Shown here: positions 25,868-37,308 of the stretch, piece by piece
Position numbering within the stretch: position 1 is the stretch's first letter
Layout: the number at the start of each line of letters is the position of its first letter
From: Candidatus Saccharimonadota bacterium
GTDB taxonomy: Bacteria > Patescibacteriota > Saccharimonadia > Saccharimonadales > Saccharimonadaceae
Length of the DNA: 42,657 nucleotides
Direction of reading: 5' to 3'
NCBI GenBank assembly: GCA_043737705.1
Contig: JAYTAD010000014.1
Span: 1 to 42,657, forward strand
Position numbers and translations under genes: made by a program
The notes under the pieces: generated by a model
Databases searched by the model: none
Told to the model about the DNA's origin: nothing
The model's input: the letters and a program-made list of their open reading frames with translations, nothing else

Positions 25868-28689
25868 TATCGATACTTCCCTCGTGCATGCTTTTCGGTG
25901 ATAGACATGTGCTTTCTTTTATATATAAAATAGCCAATAATTACCAAGAGTGTCAACGTGCTTATAGCGGCGCCAACATACAGCCAGCGCTGCGGAGCAA
26001 ATTCCATGACTAAGGTCAAATCATACGACCCGTCGCTATTTTGCTTGCAAGAAGATTTACATAGTTCGCTTGGGTCAACCAACCAACCATTCATAGAGTT
26101 GTTAATTTTAATATGATCCTTATCTGTTACCAAAGTGCCGTTATTCAATCCTAAGCTCCAGCGGGGACTATAACTTTCCTTGGTTTCAAGATAAAAAGCC
26201 GAGCGAGCCCCTTCTATATGTACAACGCTTTTAGTGGGGTCTATTGTCTTAAAACTTACTTTCTTCGGTTGTTGTAAGACTTTTTTAGGCTCACTCACTA
26301 GGTAAAAACGGTTTTGGATGTTTGGGGTTGCAATCAGCCGAAAGTTATCATATCGAGTAAGACCCGTATCGATACCGGAATTATCGGGGTAAGCGTAGAG
26401 CAGTATTCTCAAATTATGCGCGCCAGGTGGAGCCACAATGTTTTTTGTTAGCGTGTTCCACTTTCCAGGGGTATCATCTAGGCGTTGGAAGATTGAAGTG
26501 TTTGCTTCATCGTCAAAACTAATGTTATAGGCCGCGAATCGCCCATTTAAACTTTTATAATCGAAACTTAACAGGTAATGTTGTTCTGCTTGCACGGGAA
26601 TATCATTTGGTCCTGTACAGGCAACGTGATTTTGTGCCTCAAGCTGTAAAGACGAAGTGCCATCCGTTTGATCATTCTTCGCCGTACTCATACCGATTTC
26701 CCCGTCGTTACCATATGCGTAACAATCACTCACTTGCCGTTGCCATAGTCCTTGTTCTAAGGATGGGTTCGGAAAGATATTTTTAAAATCGTATTTTTGG
26801 TCGTTATAGTCAAGGTGTAGTTTGCTTGAGGGCGGTATATTGATGGTCTGGTCTTCGCCGTTAGAGCTTAGTGGCTGGTAGCTTTGCCGCTGCTCGGGCG
26901 TAAGGAAAAGTTGGCTACCTGTTAAATTGTAGTTAAGATTATCGGTATTTCTTAGGTAGAGGGTTTGCTTCCCGGAGTTCATCGATGAGGGTAAGCTTGT
27001 TTTAATCGAGCCTTCCTTTAGATCTTTAAACGTCATGTTTTCGTAGGCGTTTTGCAGCCCAGTAGTAGTAGCCGTTGCGCCAGCCGGGGTATCGGTAAAA
27101 TCAAATTCTGAGTTTAGTGTTTTTGTAATCAACCGATACTTGTTGCCTATTTGTTGGGGTTTTTCGAGTGCGAAAACTTTTTGATTCGAGTAGATGTATG
27201 CTTTTGGCCTATTGTTACGATAAAGCTGGAAGGCATTGTCGACAAACGTGTCCTGCGGGCTGAAGTCATAATCTTGTAGTGTCGGCGCCGCGGTATTTTG
27301 GCAACCTAGGACATAGTCATATGAGCCCAAATTGACAGTGTCGGCAACGTCTAGCCCCATTTGTTTTACCTGAACATTTTTTGACGTCAGTATTTGGTTT
27401 AGTTCAGTTATGATTTGCGGATGGCTTGAGGCATAAGAAAAACAACTCTCGTCGTTGACGATTAACAGGTTCTTTTGATTGAGGTCGGTTTGCTGCAGCG
27501 CGCCAAAATAACTAATTTCACGAGGCGTCAACAGCTTGTTATAGACATCCAGGCCGATATAGGTGTTCATAAACAAGAAACTTACCGCCAAGCCTGAATA
27601 TAAAACTATTCGATTGGATTTTTTAGTCACGTTGGCTAACACTATAGCCAGCATAGTAGCAATGGCGAATGGCATATATAACTGCCATTTTAAGGGTGAA
27701 CGAAACATCCAGCCGCCCGGTAAGCCAACGACAATCTTAATAAGATCTTTGACAAATAAATAGTTTACAGCTGCCAACAGCAGTAGGATTAAAAATGCGG
27801 CTAATGCCCAAGCAAAACACTTCCTATCTGACACATTTAACTTTTTTTCAACACGTACGTAGGCCCCGAATAAAATGACGTAGAAACTAAAAATACCAAG
27901 GAAGTACAGCGCCTGAGTGTTATCGTTATAAAATTCATAGTCCTTAAGTACTCCTTTGGCGAGAGACATACCGGTGAAAATATCTCCGGTATTAGACACA
28001 TCAATAAGTGAAGTGTAGTCCGTCGGTGTCGATGCGACGCTCGAAGACAACACGTCTTTGTTGACTGAACCAAGGCTTGTTAATGGCAGCAGAAAGTAGG
28101 CGTTGAGTAAAAGCCCTATCAGGCCTAGCAGCAGTAACTTGGGGATATTTTTAAACATGAAGGACTTGTCCTTAAGAGTCATATAGAGCAGATAACTAAC
28201 GGATACAAGAAGGTTCACTGTGAACGTAAATGGGTGGATGAGGGAAATATTGAGACAGGCTATCCATAGCAGAAAGTATCGCAGCTGTTGTCTTTCAAAG
28301 GCTTTTTGTATGGCGATTAGACACAGTGGCAGCATTGCTGCGGCGAGAACAAGACCGATCTTCGAGGCGTTGCCTAAGAAGATCGGGTTAATCGTGAAAA
28401 AGAGCGCAGCGACGATACTCAACGGAATACTGGTAATTTTTAAGAATAGTTTTGAAAAATAGAAGAAAGCTACAAAAACAATCGCGAAACAGGAAAGCAA
28501 ATAAAAAATGCTAACCGGTATGTTGCCCAGCAGTGCAAAAACGAGGACGTCAATGATCCTGCCCGGTATCCTGATGATACCTTCGGGATTAGCCGAGCCC
28601 GTTTGATACGACCAAACATAGACCAACTTCATCCAGTAAAATTGGACATCAAAAGGAAAAATATAATCGCCGTTCGATATAAAACTCAT
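25867..28689 (-). CDS. 940-aa polytopic membrane protein, GT-C/AftD-like candidate with an extracytoplasmic jelly-roll (CBM-like) domain and a C-terminal TM anchor
   Basis: The N-terminal ~430 aa are multi-TM. The central and C-terminal parts are soluble and include LEQGLW...LSFDYKS...RYDNFRLI, which is CBM-like. A terminal TM helix follows. The family call is tentative. Confidence 0.45.
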   Translation of the reverse strand: MSFISNGDYIFPFDVQFYWMKLVYVWSYQTGSANPEGIIRIPGRIIDVLVFALLGNIPVSIFYLLSCFAIVFVAFFYFSKLFLKITSIPLSIVAALFFTINPIFLGNASKIGLVLAAAMLPLCLIAIQKAFERQQLRYFLLWIACLNISLIHPFTFTVNLLVSVSYLLYMTLKDKSFMFKNIPKLLLLGLIGLLLNAYFLLPLTSLGSVNKDVLSSSVASTPTDYTSLIDVSNTGDIFTGMSLAKGVLKDYEFYNDNTQALYFLGIFSFYVILFGAYVRVEKKLNVSDRKCFAWALAAFLILLLLAAVNYLFVKDLIKIVVGLPGGWMFRSPLKWQLYMPFAIATMLAIVLANVTKKSNRIVLYSGLAVSFLFMNTYIGLDVYNKLLTPREISYFGALQQTDLNQKNLLIVNDESCFSYASSHPQIITELNQILTSKNVQVKQMGLDVADTVNLGSYDYVLGCQNTAAPTLQDYDFSPQDTFVDNAFQLYRNNRPKAYIYSNQKVFALEKPQQIGNKYRLITKTLNSEFDFTDTPAGATATTTGLQNAYENMTFKDLKEGSIKTSLPSSMNSGKQTLYLRNTDNLNYNLTGSQLFLTPEQRQSYQPLSSNGEDQTINIPPSSKLHLDYNDQKYDFKNIFPNPSLEQGLWQRQVSDCYAYGNDGEIGMSTAKNDQTDGTSSLQLEAQNHVACTGPNDIPVQAEQHYLLSFDYKSLNGRFAAYNISFDDEANTSIFQRLDDTPGKWNTLTKNIVAPPGAHNLRILLYAYPDNSGIDTGLTRYDNFRLIATPNIQNRFYLVSEPKKVLQQPKKVSFKTIDPTKSVVHIEGARSAFYLETKESYSPRWSLGLNNGTLVTDKDHIKINNSMNGWLVDPSELCKSSCKQNSDGSYDLTLVMEFAPQRWLYVGAAISTLTLLVIIGYFIYKRKHMSITEKHARGKYR

Positions 28690-28693
28690 GAAC

Positions 28694-29752
28694 TTATTTA
28701 ACGGCCTGTTTAAATTTATCTATGAACAGTTGTAGTTCGTGTTGCGAAAGATCGTTGATTTGAATTGGTCGTGTCTTCGTCGTCTTTTTCAATAGTTCGA
28801 GTACTTTGTTGTCATATACTACAGGCAGAAACGTGACGCCAGTCAGGAGGGCAATGATTATGGCGTGAAACTGCGGCCCTATCAGGGCAAGTTGTTCTTT
28901 GTTCTTTTGAAAAAACAAAAACAAAGCGACAGGATTATAGGAAAAATCAAGCGCTTGAACGTTTTGATATTGCTTTTGCCACTTATTGATAAGCTTATAG
29001 CCCGTTGAATCAATTTCGCGTGGCTCTAAAGTCGCGACAATAATGTTGATGTCCTGGTTGTGCGCGAGACAGGCCTCGATGTTTTTGGCGAAGTCATTGT
29101 TTTGGTGTGGTTTGAATCGTCGGAGGGTAATAAACAGCGTTTTGCTATCTATACGTATTGCTTGATCGAGCGCAACAAAGTCTGGTCGGTAGGGCTTCAG
29201 ATTAAGCGACGGAACATGGTAGGCGATGTCGGCGTCTTGGGATACATGCGTACTTACCTTTTGGAAGTTCTGCAGTGACTCCTGGTCGCGAACGATAATG
29301 TAGTTAGCGGCTTTGCCCGCAAGCCAGGCGCTGGCATGACCTAGTTTGTTCGTCGAGTCATAATACCCCACTCCCAACAAATACACTTTTTTTCGCAGAA
29401 AGAAGCGGCTGATAAACAACAGGCTGCTAAAAAGAAAAATATTCGCGTTAACATCGAGTCCCCACAGTCCCCCACCGCCAATAATGACGTTTTTATTCTT
29501 AGCAATAGCTTTAAGTACCGACCATTTGTCTGTCATGTCTATTAGGCCAAAGCCAAAATTGTGGTGGTAGGTAGAATAACGTTCGGCGTGCAAATAAGCC
29601 ACTGTCAACGAATGTACATCGTGCTTTGTAAATAGATTCATTAGCACCTCCAATAACAGTTCGTCGCCAAAGTTACCGCCGCCATAATAGCCGAGTAATA
29701 CACTGTGTTCTAAATCTTCTTTTTGAAATACATCGGCAATAGTCTTATTCAT
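28694..29752 (-). CDS. Polysaccharide pyruvyl transferase family protein
   Basis: The N-terminal GYYGGGNFGDELLLEVL motif is typical of PS_pyruv_trans (CsaB/WcaK-like). Confidence 0.7.
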   Translation of the reverse strand: MNKTIADVFQKEDLEHSVLLGYYGGGNFGDELLLEVLMNLFTKHDVHSLTVAYLHAERYSTYHHNFGFGLIDMTDKWSVLKAIAKNKNVIIGGGGLWGLDVNANIFLFSSLLFISRFFLRKKVYLLGVGYYDSTNKLGHASAWLAGKAANYIIVRDQESLQNFQKVSTHVSQDADIAYHVPSLNLKPYRPDFVALDQAIRIDSKTLFITLRRFKPHQNNDFAKNIEACLAHNQDINIIVATLEPREIDSTGYKLINKWQKQYQNVQALDFSYNPVALFLFFQKNKEQLALIGPQFHAIIIALLTGVTFLPVVYDNKVLELLKKTTKTRPIQINDLSQHELQLFIDKFKQAVK

Positions 29753-30852
29753 ATCTTAATTTCCTCTTTGAACTGTTGGTAACTAGTTTCAAAATTAATA
29801 GCCTTGCTCCACTGCCAAGCATTATTTTGCAGTGTTTGGTAGTTTACTTTATCGGATAATAACCCAACGATGTTTTGTGCCAAATCTGAAGGCGTATTTT
29901 GGTTGCAGATAGTCCCGGTCTTGCCGTTTCTGACACTATCGCGCAGACCATCCACGTTATAAACAACAGCTGGAGTGCCTTGACTGGCGGCTTCGGTGAC
30001 AATTAACCCCCACCCTTCTTTGATGCTTGTGACGGTAATGACATGAGCTTTTTGAAGTAAATCGGATTTTTTTGCCGCTGAAATTCTTCCCAAGTATTCG
30101 ATATCTTGTTTGTATGGACTATTTTTTATGGCCATCAGGACTCTCTGGCCATAACGCCCACTTGCGTCACCGGCAATTTTCATCTGTAATGTCGGCAACG
30201 TTACTTTGGCCAGCTCAAAAGCTCGCACTTGGTCGAGTGTTCGTTTCATGTGTCTGATGCTACCGAGCGATACAACCGTCGGTTTATCATATTTACTAGA
30301 AGGTACAATTTTACGTATTGCCTCAAGCTGGATACCTTCTGATATGACAGCGACATTCTGCGCACGAAAGCCATAGCGGAGTAAATCTTGCTTGGTACTG
30401 TCCGACATAGCTATCGCCTTGTCTTTACTTAAAAACTTCAAGTAGATAGGCTCAAGCACATAACCGATGAGGCTCGCCGGTAGAGGTAATTGATAGAACC
30501 AAATCTCGCGACAGAGCATATGAAAAAACAATAATCGCGGTACTCGACGTAAATAGAGACGACTGATAAACGGTAGTGTGTTGACCTCTTCGACCACAAA
30601 ATCCGGCCAGTCCATTAAGTGTTGGTTAATATAGCGATAGGCTTGCCAATAAACACTGACGCGTCCTCCCACTCTCACTACGCTGTAGCCATCAATACTA
30701 GCCTTCGGTTTGGCTCCAGGGTAACTAGCGGTCACAAGTATGACTTCGTGGCCTTCTTTGACGAGCCGCTTTATGAGTTCCGAGGTGACTGTCTCAGCCC
30801 CGCCGGCCTGTGGGTGTTGAATATCTTTCCAGCTTAGCCACAGTATACGCAC
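29749..30852 (-). CDS. Glycosyltransferase family 4 (GT-B, Glycos_transf_1)
   Basis: The N-terminus GGAETV and the C-terminus EGWGLIVTEAASQGTPAVV (EX7E region) are present. Confidence 0.8.
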   Translation of the reverse strand: MRILWLSWKDIQHPQAGGAETVTSELIKRLVKEGHEVILVTASYPGAKPKASIDGYSVVRVGGRVSVYWQAYRYINQHLMDWPDFVVEEVNTLPFISRLYLRRVPRLLFFHMLCREIWFYQLPLPASLIGYVLEPIYLKFLSKDKAIAMSDSTKQDLLRYGFRAQNVAVISEGIQLEAIRKIVPSSKYDKPTVVSLGSIRHMKRTLDQVRAFELAKVTLPTLQMKIAGDASGRYGQRVLMAIKNSPYKQDIEYLGRISAAKKSDLLQKAHVITVTSIKEGWGLIVTEAASQGTPAVVYNVDGLRDSVRNGKTGTICNQNTPSDLAQNIVGLLSDKVNYQTLQNNAWQWSKAINFETSYQQFKEEIKI

Positions 30853-31847
30853 TACAGACGCTCCTTGTTGGCTCGCTTGATCTTGCGGCGGTTAGGGCGT
30901 ACGACGTAGAGCGGCCGGTTGGCGACTTCTTGATGAATGTTGGCGATATAGAGAGACATGAGGCCTAAACAGCTTAAGGTAATGCCTGATAAAAACAAGC
31001 TAATCACGGCAAGTATTGCGTTACTGCTAAAGACGAAGCCGAAGAATGAATTACCAAGTAAGTAGCGGTTAACGAACATAAACATTCCTAGCGGTATCGA
31101 GATAACTGTTATCAATGTACCAAGATAACCCGCCAAACGTAGTGGCAGTAAACTGTGGCCAACAAAACTGTCGATACCCAAGCGGACGAGCTTAACAAAG
31201 CTATAGCTGGCTGTTCCGTGCTGGCGTTCGTCGGCAACAAAATAGACAAAATCGCGCCTGTAGCCAAGCCAGTCAAACAAACCGCGCGTAATACGGTTAC
31301 GCTCAGTGAACTGATTAAAAGCTTGGATCACTTGCCTGTCGACCAGTCGAAAATCGGTTGCATGAGGTGTTAAATTAATATCAGAAATTTTATTCATACT
31401 GGAATAAAATAGACGTGATAGCAGTCGTTTGCGCCATGATGTCTTGTATTCTTTTCGAACACCCACCACAACATCGGCACCCTTTTCCCATTTTTGGATG
31501 AACTCGGGTATGTGGTCTGGTGGATGCTGCAAATCGGCATCGAGCATAATAGCTGCTTCGCCTTTGGCAGCGTGTAAACCGGCAGTGAGGGCAATCTCTT
31601 TGCCGAAATTACGGGCCAGCTCGATCGGTACTACCTGCGGGTCTGACTGGGCAAGCTCGAGTAAACGTTCGGTCGTCTTGTCGCTACTGCCGTCATTTAC
31701 GAATAGATACTCGAACCTATAGGCTAGATTTCGCGTAGCTTTCTTGACCGCTTCATGGACGTGACAGACGTTGTCCTCTTCGTTGTACATGGGAATGATG
31801 ACAGAAATAAACGGTTGGTTGGTTACTATTTTTTGGTTTCTATGCAT
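30852..31847 (-). CDS. GT2 polyprenyl-phosphate glycosyltransferase (GtrB/ArnC/DPM1-like) with 2 C-terminal TM helices
   Basis: Motifs ISVIIPMYNEEDN and DADLQHPP, plus a C-terminal TM pair. Confidence 0.8.
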   Translation of the reverse strand: MHRNQKIVTNQPFISVIIPMYNEEDNVCHVHEAVKKATRNLAYRFEYLFVNDGSSDKTTERLLELAQSDPQVVPIELARNFGKEIALTAGLHAAKGEAAIMLDADLQHPPDHIPEFIQKWEKGADVVVGVRKEYKTSWRKRLLSRLFYSSMNKISDINLTPHATDFRLVDRQVIQAFNQFTERNRITRGLFDWLGYRRDFVYFVADERQHGTASYSFVKLVRLGIDSFVGHSLLPLRLAGYLGTLITVISIPLGMFMFVNRYLLGNSFFGFVFSSNAILAVISLFLSGITLSCLGLMSLYIANIHQEVANRPLYVVRPNRRKIKRANKERL

Positions 31848-33141
31848 TGTCCTCCCTAAGTTGGTGATGGTAAAAAAATAAATTCTGCAGCACGGTTATA
31901 ATCAGTAAAATCAAACTTCCTAGTAGGATATTGTTAATTACATCTCCTATTTTACCATGGTTCAGCTGCATAAGCGCAAGCACGACAGCGCAAATAGGAA
32001 TACTGATGAGGCTATATTTGTAGCGCTTCAGAGCTATGTGGTACATCATGAACATGTTGGCAATAGCTAAAAACAGCATCGCCAGACCGACGCGTGGTAA
32101 ATACATTGCATTGCTCAAATATTTCGATCCAACTAAAATAGCAATAATTATTTCTGGAAATAAAGTCATGGCGAGTAATGCCCCGCCACCTAAAAGCAAC
32201 ATAAGAACGAGTGACGCTTTAAGTCGCGCTTGGTTTTTTTGAAGGGTCTGGTTGGTGCTCGCCATCGTAATGAGAACGGCCGTAACGGGCGCCATTAAGA
32301 AGTAGACGATACCAGCTATAATGGTAATACCAGCGTATAGTCCAGCTTCAGTTGGCGAAAAGTAGTGCTTGATTGTAATGATGTCTAAAGTCTGTATGAC
32401 TGTTACTCCGCCGACACCAAGTAGTATTGCCACGGCGTGCTTTAGATAGGGCTTGATCAAATCGAGGCGAAGTGGTCCACTGCCTAAGACAGAGCCGTAG
32501 AAGCCGGCTTTACGTGCCCACGCTATGCCCACAATTAGTGATAACACTTGCGAAACAGCCAGGGCTCCAATAGCTCCAAAGCTGTGATACCCCAGTAAAA
32601 CAAAAATTGGCGCCAGCAATAGTTTGGCGGCAGAGCCGGTACCGTCAGTCAGAGATGCTCGAAAAAATTGTTTTTTGCCTCGCAAGAAAGCCATTCGAAA
32701 GGCTAACGGTATGCTAAAAGCTAAGGCAGCTATTAGTGCTACGAAAGGCCAAATTTCTGTAAAATTTAAAAAAATACGTAGCTGGTCGACAGATAGGAGG
32801 GCAATAAGTAGCAGGCTGTAGCCAACTATCATCGCTATTTTCTCGAGGCCGAGCAGTGTTTGGTTGCGCTCCTTTTCGTCAAGTGTATTGACGGTTATAT
32901 GAATTGTCACATAGGTTAAAATTGTCAAAAATATTGCCGCTTGGGTGAAAAGTGATATCAAGGTTTGAACTTCGCCGAAATCGGCTGGCGACATTAAACG
33001 GCCGAGTATCGGATAAAACAGATAGTTAAGACCGGCAACCCCTAGTGAACCTGCTAAAAAAATCGCGTTATGACGCAAAAATGGACTTGTTTTAACCAGC
33101 ACTGAGCCGTGGTTTATCCACTTGTTTATACGTTTAGGCAT
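31840..33141 (-). CDS. MOP-superfamily oligosaccharide flippase (Wzx-like)
   Basis: About 12-14 TM, with a polysaccharide-biosynthesis-protein topology. It is the first gene of the operon. Confidence 0.7.
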   Translation of the reverse strand: MPKRINKWINHGSVLVKTSPFLRHNAIFLAGSLGVAGLNYLFYPILGRLMSPADFGEVQTLISLFTQAAIFLTILTYVTIHITVNTLDEKERNQTLLGLEKIAMIVGYSLLLIALLSVDQLRIFLNFTEIWPFVALIAALAFSIPLAFRMAFLRGKKQFFRASLTDGTGSAAKLLLAPIFVLLGYHSFGAIGALAVSQVLSLIVGIAWARKAGFYGSVLGSGPLRLDLIKPYLKHAVAILLGVGGVTVIQTLDIITIKHYFSPTEAGLYAGITIIAGIVYFLMAPVTAVLITMASTNQTLQKNQARLKASLVLMLLLGGGALLAMTLFPEIIIAILVGSKYLSNAMYLPRVGLAMLFLAIANMFMMYHIALKRYKYSLISIPICAVVLALMQLNHGKIGDVINNILLGSLILLIITVLQNLFFYHHQLREDNA

Positions 33142-33230
33142 CTATCTATCATAACTGACTTATGCTTTGACTTCACGTTTCAGGCTAATATCATACTGAT
33201 TTGGTCGGGCTTTTATTAACAAAATATATG

Positions 33231-34571
33231 TTAAATGACCGTAATAGTGCCGCGTGGAATTCCCATAGCGCAGGTGATTTTATAGGTGCCAGGGCCTTTT
33301 GTTTCGAAGCTAAGGATTTGTTTTTTACCTTTTTCGAGCAGAAGCGGTGTTTCGAAAAGACCTGGAATCATAATAGTACTCATACAACCTTCACCGTCGT
33401 CTTTGGAGTCGACGACTAGCTTGTACGAGGTTCGCGATTTAAGTGTAAAACTAGCAGGAATAATATCTTGTTTAAGCGTATAAGTCGTTTCAAGAGCTTG
33501 TCCGGCAATACTTGAGGCATCTGAGGTATTTGACCTAGCAAACGATGGCATTTGAAAGCCCGAGAGGTTGTACCCACTGTTGATATTAAGCAGAGCCATC
33601 GCCATAACGGCGACACCAGCTAGTTTAAAGAAGCGTTTTGATGACTTGCCTTTTATAAATGACGTTAAACTACCGACACCCAGTAAACCTGGCGCTGTAC
33701 CAATCGCGAAGAAGCCCATGACAAGTGCACCAGTCGTGAAGCTACCGGTGCTAATGGCGTAAAGTTGCATAACCTGGGTAAACCCACATGGCAGAAAAAA
33801 ACTAATGGCGCCAAGCGCGACAGCACTTTTGTGGTTATATTCTTTTTCGGTATGTTTTTTAAGACCTAAGAATTTCGCTACAGCCGGAGGCAATGTTAAG
33901 CCACCGGCGCTTACTCGGGGCATAATACTAGTTAGTTGTAGCCCCAAGCCGAACATGACAATTCCTACGACAATCATCAAGACACCAAGTGGTGCGCCTT
34001 GAAGCTGGATTGACGCACCCAGTATGCCAATGAGACCACCTAGTAAAAAGAAAGAGATGATACGACTAAGATTGAAAAAAATATGAGGGCGGAATTTTTG
34101 CATGGCAGTTGCGTTCGGATGCTTTTTGGCGTGGCGAGCAGAAAGGCCCAGGACTAGCCCGCCGACTACCGCCATACAGGTTGATATTCCGGCCGCAAGA
34201 CCGGTTAGTAGGGCTACGCCTATGCCACCGCTAGATATACTACCAATCGAAATTATTTTATTAATTTCGAAGATATTATATAACACCGCCAATGTACCGA
34301 TGATAAGAATACCAATACAGAGATCTCGGTAGTCTTTTGGATTTCGACTCACCCATGGCCGTTTGCTGGTGCCGATGTTGTACCCGGCCGCTTGTACGGC
34401 TTTTAGCAGTTCAGCGTGGCTGGGCGGTGACGTGGCCATAATGGTGGCGGTTTTTGACTTAAGGTTGACTGAGGCAGAGGTGACTCGTGGGACTTTTTCG
34501 AGGTGTTGTCCTAGTGTAATCTCACACGACCTACAATGCATACCTTCTATGGGTAATGTAATTCTAATCAT
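33231..34571 (-). CDS. Tri-domain copper protein: N-terminal HMA, 6-TM DsbD_2/TauE-like core and C-terminal cupredoxin-like Cys/Met domain (paralog 2)
   Basis: It carries the HMA motif GMHCRSCE, the TM core motif FFLPCGFTQVMQL, and the C-terminal GEGCMSTIMIPGL...ITCAMGIPRGTITVI. Confidence 0.7.
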   Translation of the reverse strand: MIRITLPIEGMHCRSCEITLGQHLEKVPRVTSASVNLKSKTATIMATSPPSHAELLKAVQAAGYNIGTSKRPWVSRNPKDYRDLCIGILIIGTLAVLYNIFEINKIISIGSISSGGIGVALLTGLAAGISTCMAVVGGLVLGLSARHAKKHPNATAMQKFRPHIFFNLSRIISFFLLGGLIGILGASIQLQGAPLGVLMIVVGIVMFGLGLQLTSIMPRVSAGGLTLPPAVAKFLGLKKHTEKEYNHKSAVALGAISFFLPCGFTQVMQLYAISTGSFTTGALVMGFFAIGTAPGLLGVGSLTSFIKGKSSKRFFKLAGVAVMAMALLNINSGYNLSGFQMPSFARSNTSDASSIAGQALETTYTLKQDIIPASFTLKSRTSYKLVVDSKDDGEGCMSTIMIPGLFETPLLLEKGKKQILSFETKGPGTYKITCAMGIPRGTITVI

Positions 34572-34581
34572 TATAAACAGT

Positions 34582-37296
34582 TTATCCTATTGAGTTGGTT
34601 ATTGTTAGTGCGTTAGCTTTAGTATCTTTTGAGTCCATCAGTGAACTAGCTTTTGCAAATTGGAAAAAAGTAAATCCGAATACGAGGACCATAACTATTG
34701 GGGCAACGATAGAGATGTAGTTTCTCTTGCCGGGGCGGAAATAACGGAGTAACAGTGAATTGCTCACCACAGATATAGAGCTTAGGGCCATAGCTAGTCC
34801 GGCTAATTCGGGTTTTAGAAATAGTCCAAAAGTCATAAAGACACGCGCGGCAATCGGTATCCCCATGATGTTATAAAACAGTGCGAAAAATATGTTTTGT
34901 TTTATTTTACTCATTGTTTCACGCGATAATTGTATGGCGGTAATAACTGCGTTTAAATCATTTTTCATCATGACAATACCGCCCGCTTCCATGGCAACAT
35001 CAGTTCCACTTCCCATGGCGATACCAACGTTTGCTTGGGCGAGTGCAGGAGCGTCATTGATACCATCTCCTACCATCGCAACGTTTTTGCCAGCATCTTG
35101 AAGTATCTTAACGTTGGCAGCTTTGTCTTCGGGTAGTACCTCCGCCAGTACATTAGTGATTCCAAGCTGACTAGCGATTGCAAGTGCAGTCCGTCTGTTG
35201 TCGCCAGTAATCATGTATACTTCTATACCCATTTTTTCTAATTTTGCTACGACTTCTTTTGAGGTATCTTTGACAGTGTCTGCCACGGCAATGACCCCAA
35301 GTATGTCTTTTTGGGTCGCCAAAATCATGGCTGTTTTGCCTTGATTTTCTAATTTCTCAAGGTCTTGCTCGATACTAGTTACTAATGCTTCGGTAAAGTC
35401 AGTAATAAGTTTGCGGTTGCCCATAAAATACGTTGTACCGTTAACGACAGCTTTGACGCCATGTCCAGGAATTGCGTTAAAGCCTTCGATATCGAGTGCC
35501 TCAAGATTTTCTTGATCGGCGTAGGCTACGATTGCTTCCGCAAGTGGGTGTTCGCTAGAGCGTTCAAGAGCTGCTGTAATTTGCAGAACTTCGCGTTCCT
35601 TGGCGCCGCCGTAAGCCACAAGATCGGTGACTTCAGGTTTACCTTTTGTTAGCGTACCGGTCTTGTCGAACACGATTACGTCAATGTGACAGGCCGCCTC
35701 GAGCGGTTCACCACCCTTAATAAGGATGCCCTGCTCCGCTCCCTTGCCAGTACCAACCATAATAGCCGTTGGTGTCGCTAGGCCAAGGGCACACGGACAT
35801 GCAATAACAATAACTGCAGTAAAGGCCATGACCGAGAAGGCAAAGCTAGCACCAAGGATAAAAAACCAGACTACAAAAGTTAGTAGGGCGACACTAATTA
35901 CTATCGGTACAAACCAACTAGATATTTTATCGGCTCTTGCTTGAATTGGTGCTTTCGAGTTTTGAGCATCTTCTATTAACCTGACAATTTGAGCAAGAGT
36001 TGTTTCGGACCCAATCTTAGTGGCAATAAACTCAACGCTACCGGTTTTATTGATGGTGGCGCCAATCACAATATCACCGACTTGTTTTTCGGTAGGTAAA
36101 CTTTCACCCGTAATCATTGATTCATCAATACTGGAAGAGCCTTTTGTAATCTCGCCGTCGACAGGTACTTTTTCGCCAGGACGGACGACAATAATATCTC
36201 CATGTACGACATCATCAATGGCGACGTCGAGGGTTTTACCGCCTCGAATAACGCGGGCAGTTTTTGCTTGCAAGCTCATCAATTTTTTAATTGCATCGCT
36301 AGTTTTACCTTTAGCGCGAGCCTCTAATAATTTGCCCAAAATTACGAACGTGATTAAGAAAGCGGCCGTTTCAAAATATAATTCAGGTATTTTTTCGCCA
36401 CCTAGTCCTATAAGACTATTATTACTGACGGCATAGATAATAAAGTAAATAAGGCTATAGAAAAACGCGGTTGATGTACCAACTGCTATTAAAGTATCCA
36501 TATTTGACGTTTTCATTCGGAGTGCCGAGAACATGCCTTTGTAAAAACCCGCACCAATATAAAATTGAATTGGTATCGTTAAGATTACCGATACAATACC
36601 AAAGTACGGTGGTAGTACGTTTCCTCCGGGTAGTGACGGAAAGAAGTCAAGGATCATAAAATAAAGCATCGGTAAGCTAAGGACGAGGCTTAAAAGGAAT
36701 TTCTTCCAAAGTGCTGTTAGTGCACGTTCGCGTTTTGCTGATTCGTCTTTAGTGTTTCCTTCGATGATGAGCTCGGCTGTATAGCCAGCTTTTTTGACAG
36801 CTTCAATAAGTTGGTCGGTTGTGGTTGTAGCGGCATCGTAGAATATAGAAGCTTTTTCGGCAGAAAAGTTTACGTTTGCTTTTGAAACGCCGGCAACTTT
36901 TTTGACCTGGCGTTCGATGAGTCCTGCACAGGAACTACAATGCATGCCATAGAGAGCGAAATTGGCACTGTCGTTTTTCGCATTACTATTGACGACAGTT
37001 TGTTGCACGTCAGTAATTTGTGGCGTAATGTTTGCAGCAACTTCCTCGTCGAACGGTTCACTGGTTATTGTAGCTTTGTAGCCTGCCTGTTTGACGGCAT
37101 CGAGTACGTCACCGGTACTAGTCTTTGAGCCGTCTATGTCAATTATTCCGCTTCCTTTGGGCTGGGAAATTAATGCGCGCGTAACTCCTGGGAGGTCTTG
37201 TAATTGATTTGCAATAATTTTTTCACAGGACTGGCAGGTCATACCTGAAATCTTTAGAGTAATTGTCTGAGTGGGCATGATATTGTTCTCCATCAT
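34582..37296 (-). CDS. copA: Cu(I)-exporting P1B-1 ATPase with two N-terminal HMA domains
   Basis: Motifs seen: GMTCQSC and [37 protein letters not shown] and GDGINDAP. An alternative start is Met7 at 37278, preceded by GGAG. Confidence 0.9.
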   Translation of the reverse strand: MMENNIMPTQTITLKISGMTCQSCEKIIANQLQDLPGVTRALISQPKGSGIIDIDGSKTSTGDVLDAVKQAGYKATITSEPFDEEVAANITPQITDVQQTVVNSNAKNDSANFALYGMHCSSCAGLIERQVKKVAGVSKANVNFSAEKASIFYDAATTTTDQLIEAVKKAGYTAELIIEGNTKDESAKRERALTALWKKFLLSLVLSLPMLYFMILDFFPSLPGGNVLPPYFGIVSVILTIPIQFYIGAGFYKGMFSALRMKTSNMDTLIAVGTSTAFFYSLIYFIIYAVSNNSLIGLGGEKIPELYFETAAFLITFVILGKLLEARAKGKTSDAIKKLMSLQAKTARVIRGGKTLDVAIDDVVHGDIIVVRPGEKVPVDGEITKGSSSIDESMITGESLPTEKQVGDIVIGATINKTGSVEFIATKIGSETTLAQIVRLIEDAQNSKAPIQARADKISSWFVPIVISVALLTFVVWFFILGASFAFSVMAFTAVIVIACPCALGLATPTAIMVGTGKGAEQGILIKGGEPLEAACHIDVIVFDKTGTLTKGKPEVTDLVAYGGAKEREVLQITAALERSSEHPLAEAIVAYADQENLEALDIEGFNAIPGHGVKAVVNGTTYFMGNRKLITDFTEALVTSIEQDLEKLENQGKTAMILATQKDILGVIAVADTVKDTSKEVVAKLEKMGIEVYMITGDNRRTALAIASQLGITNVLAEVLPEDKAANVKILQDAGKNVAMVGDGINDAPALAQANVGIAMGSGTDVAMEAGGIVMMKNDLNAVITAIQLSRETMSKIKQNIFFALFYNIMGIPIAARVFMTFGLFLKPELAGLAMALSSISVVSNSLLLRYFRPGKRNYISIVAPIVMVLVFGFTFFQFAKASSLMDSKDTKANALTITNSIG

Positions 37297-37308
37297 TTTA
37301 ATAAAATA

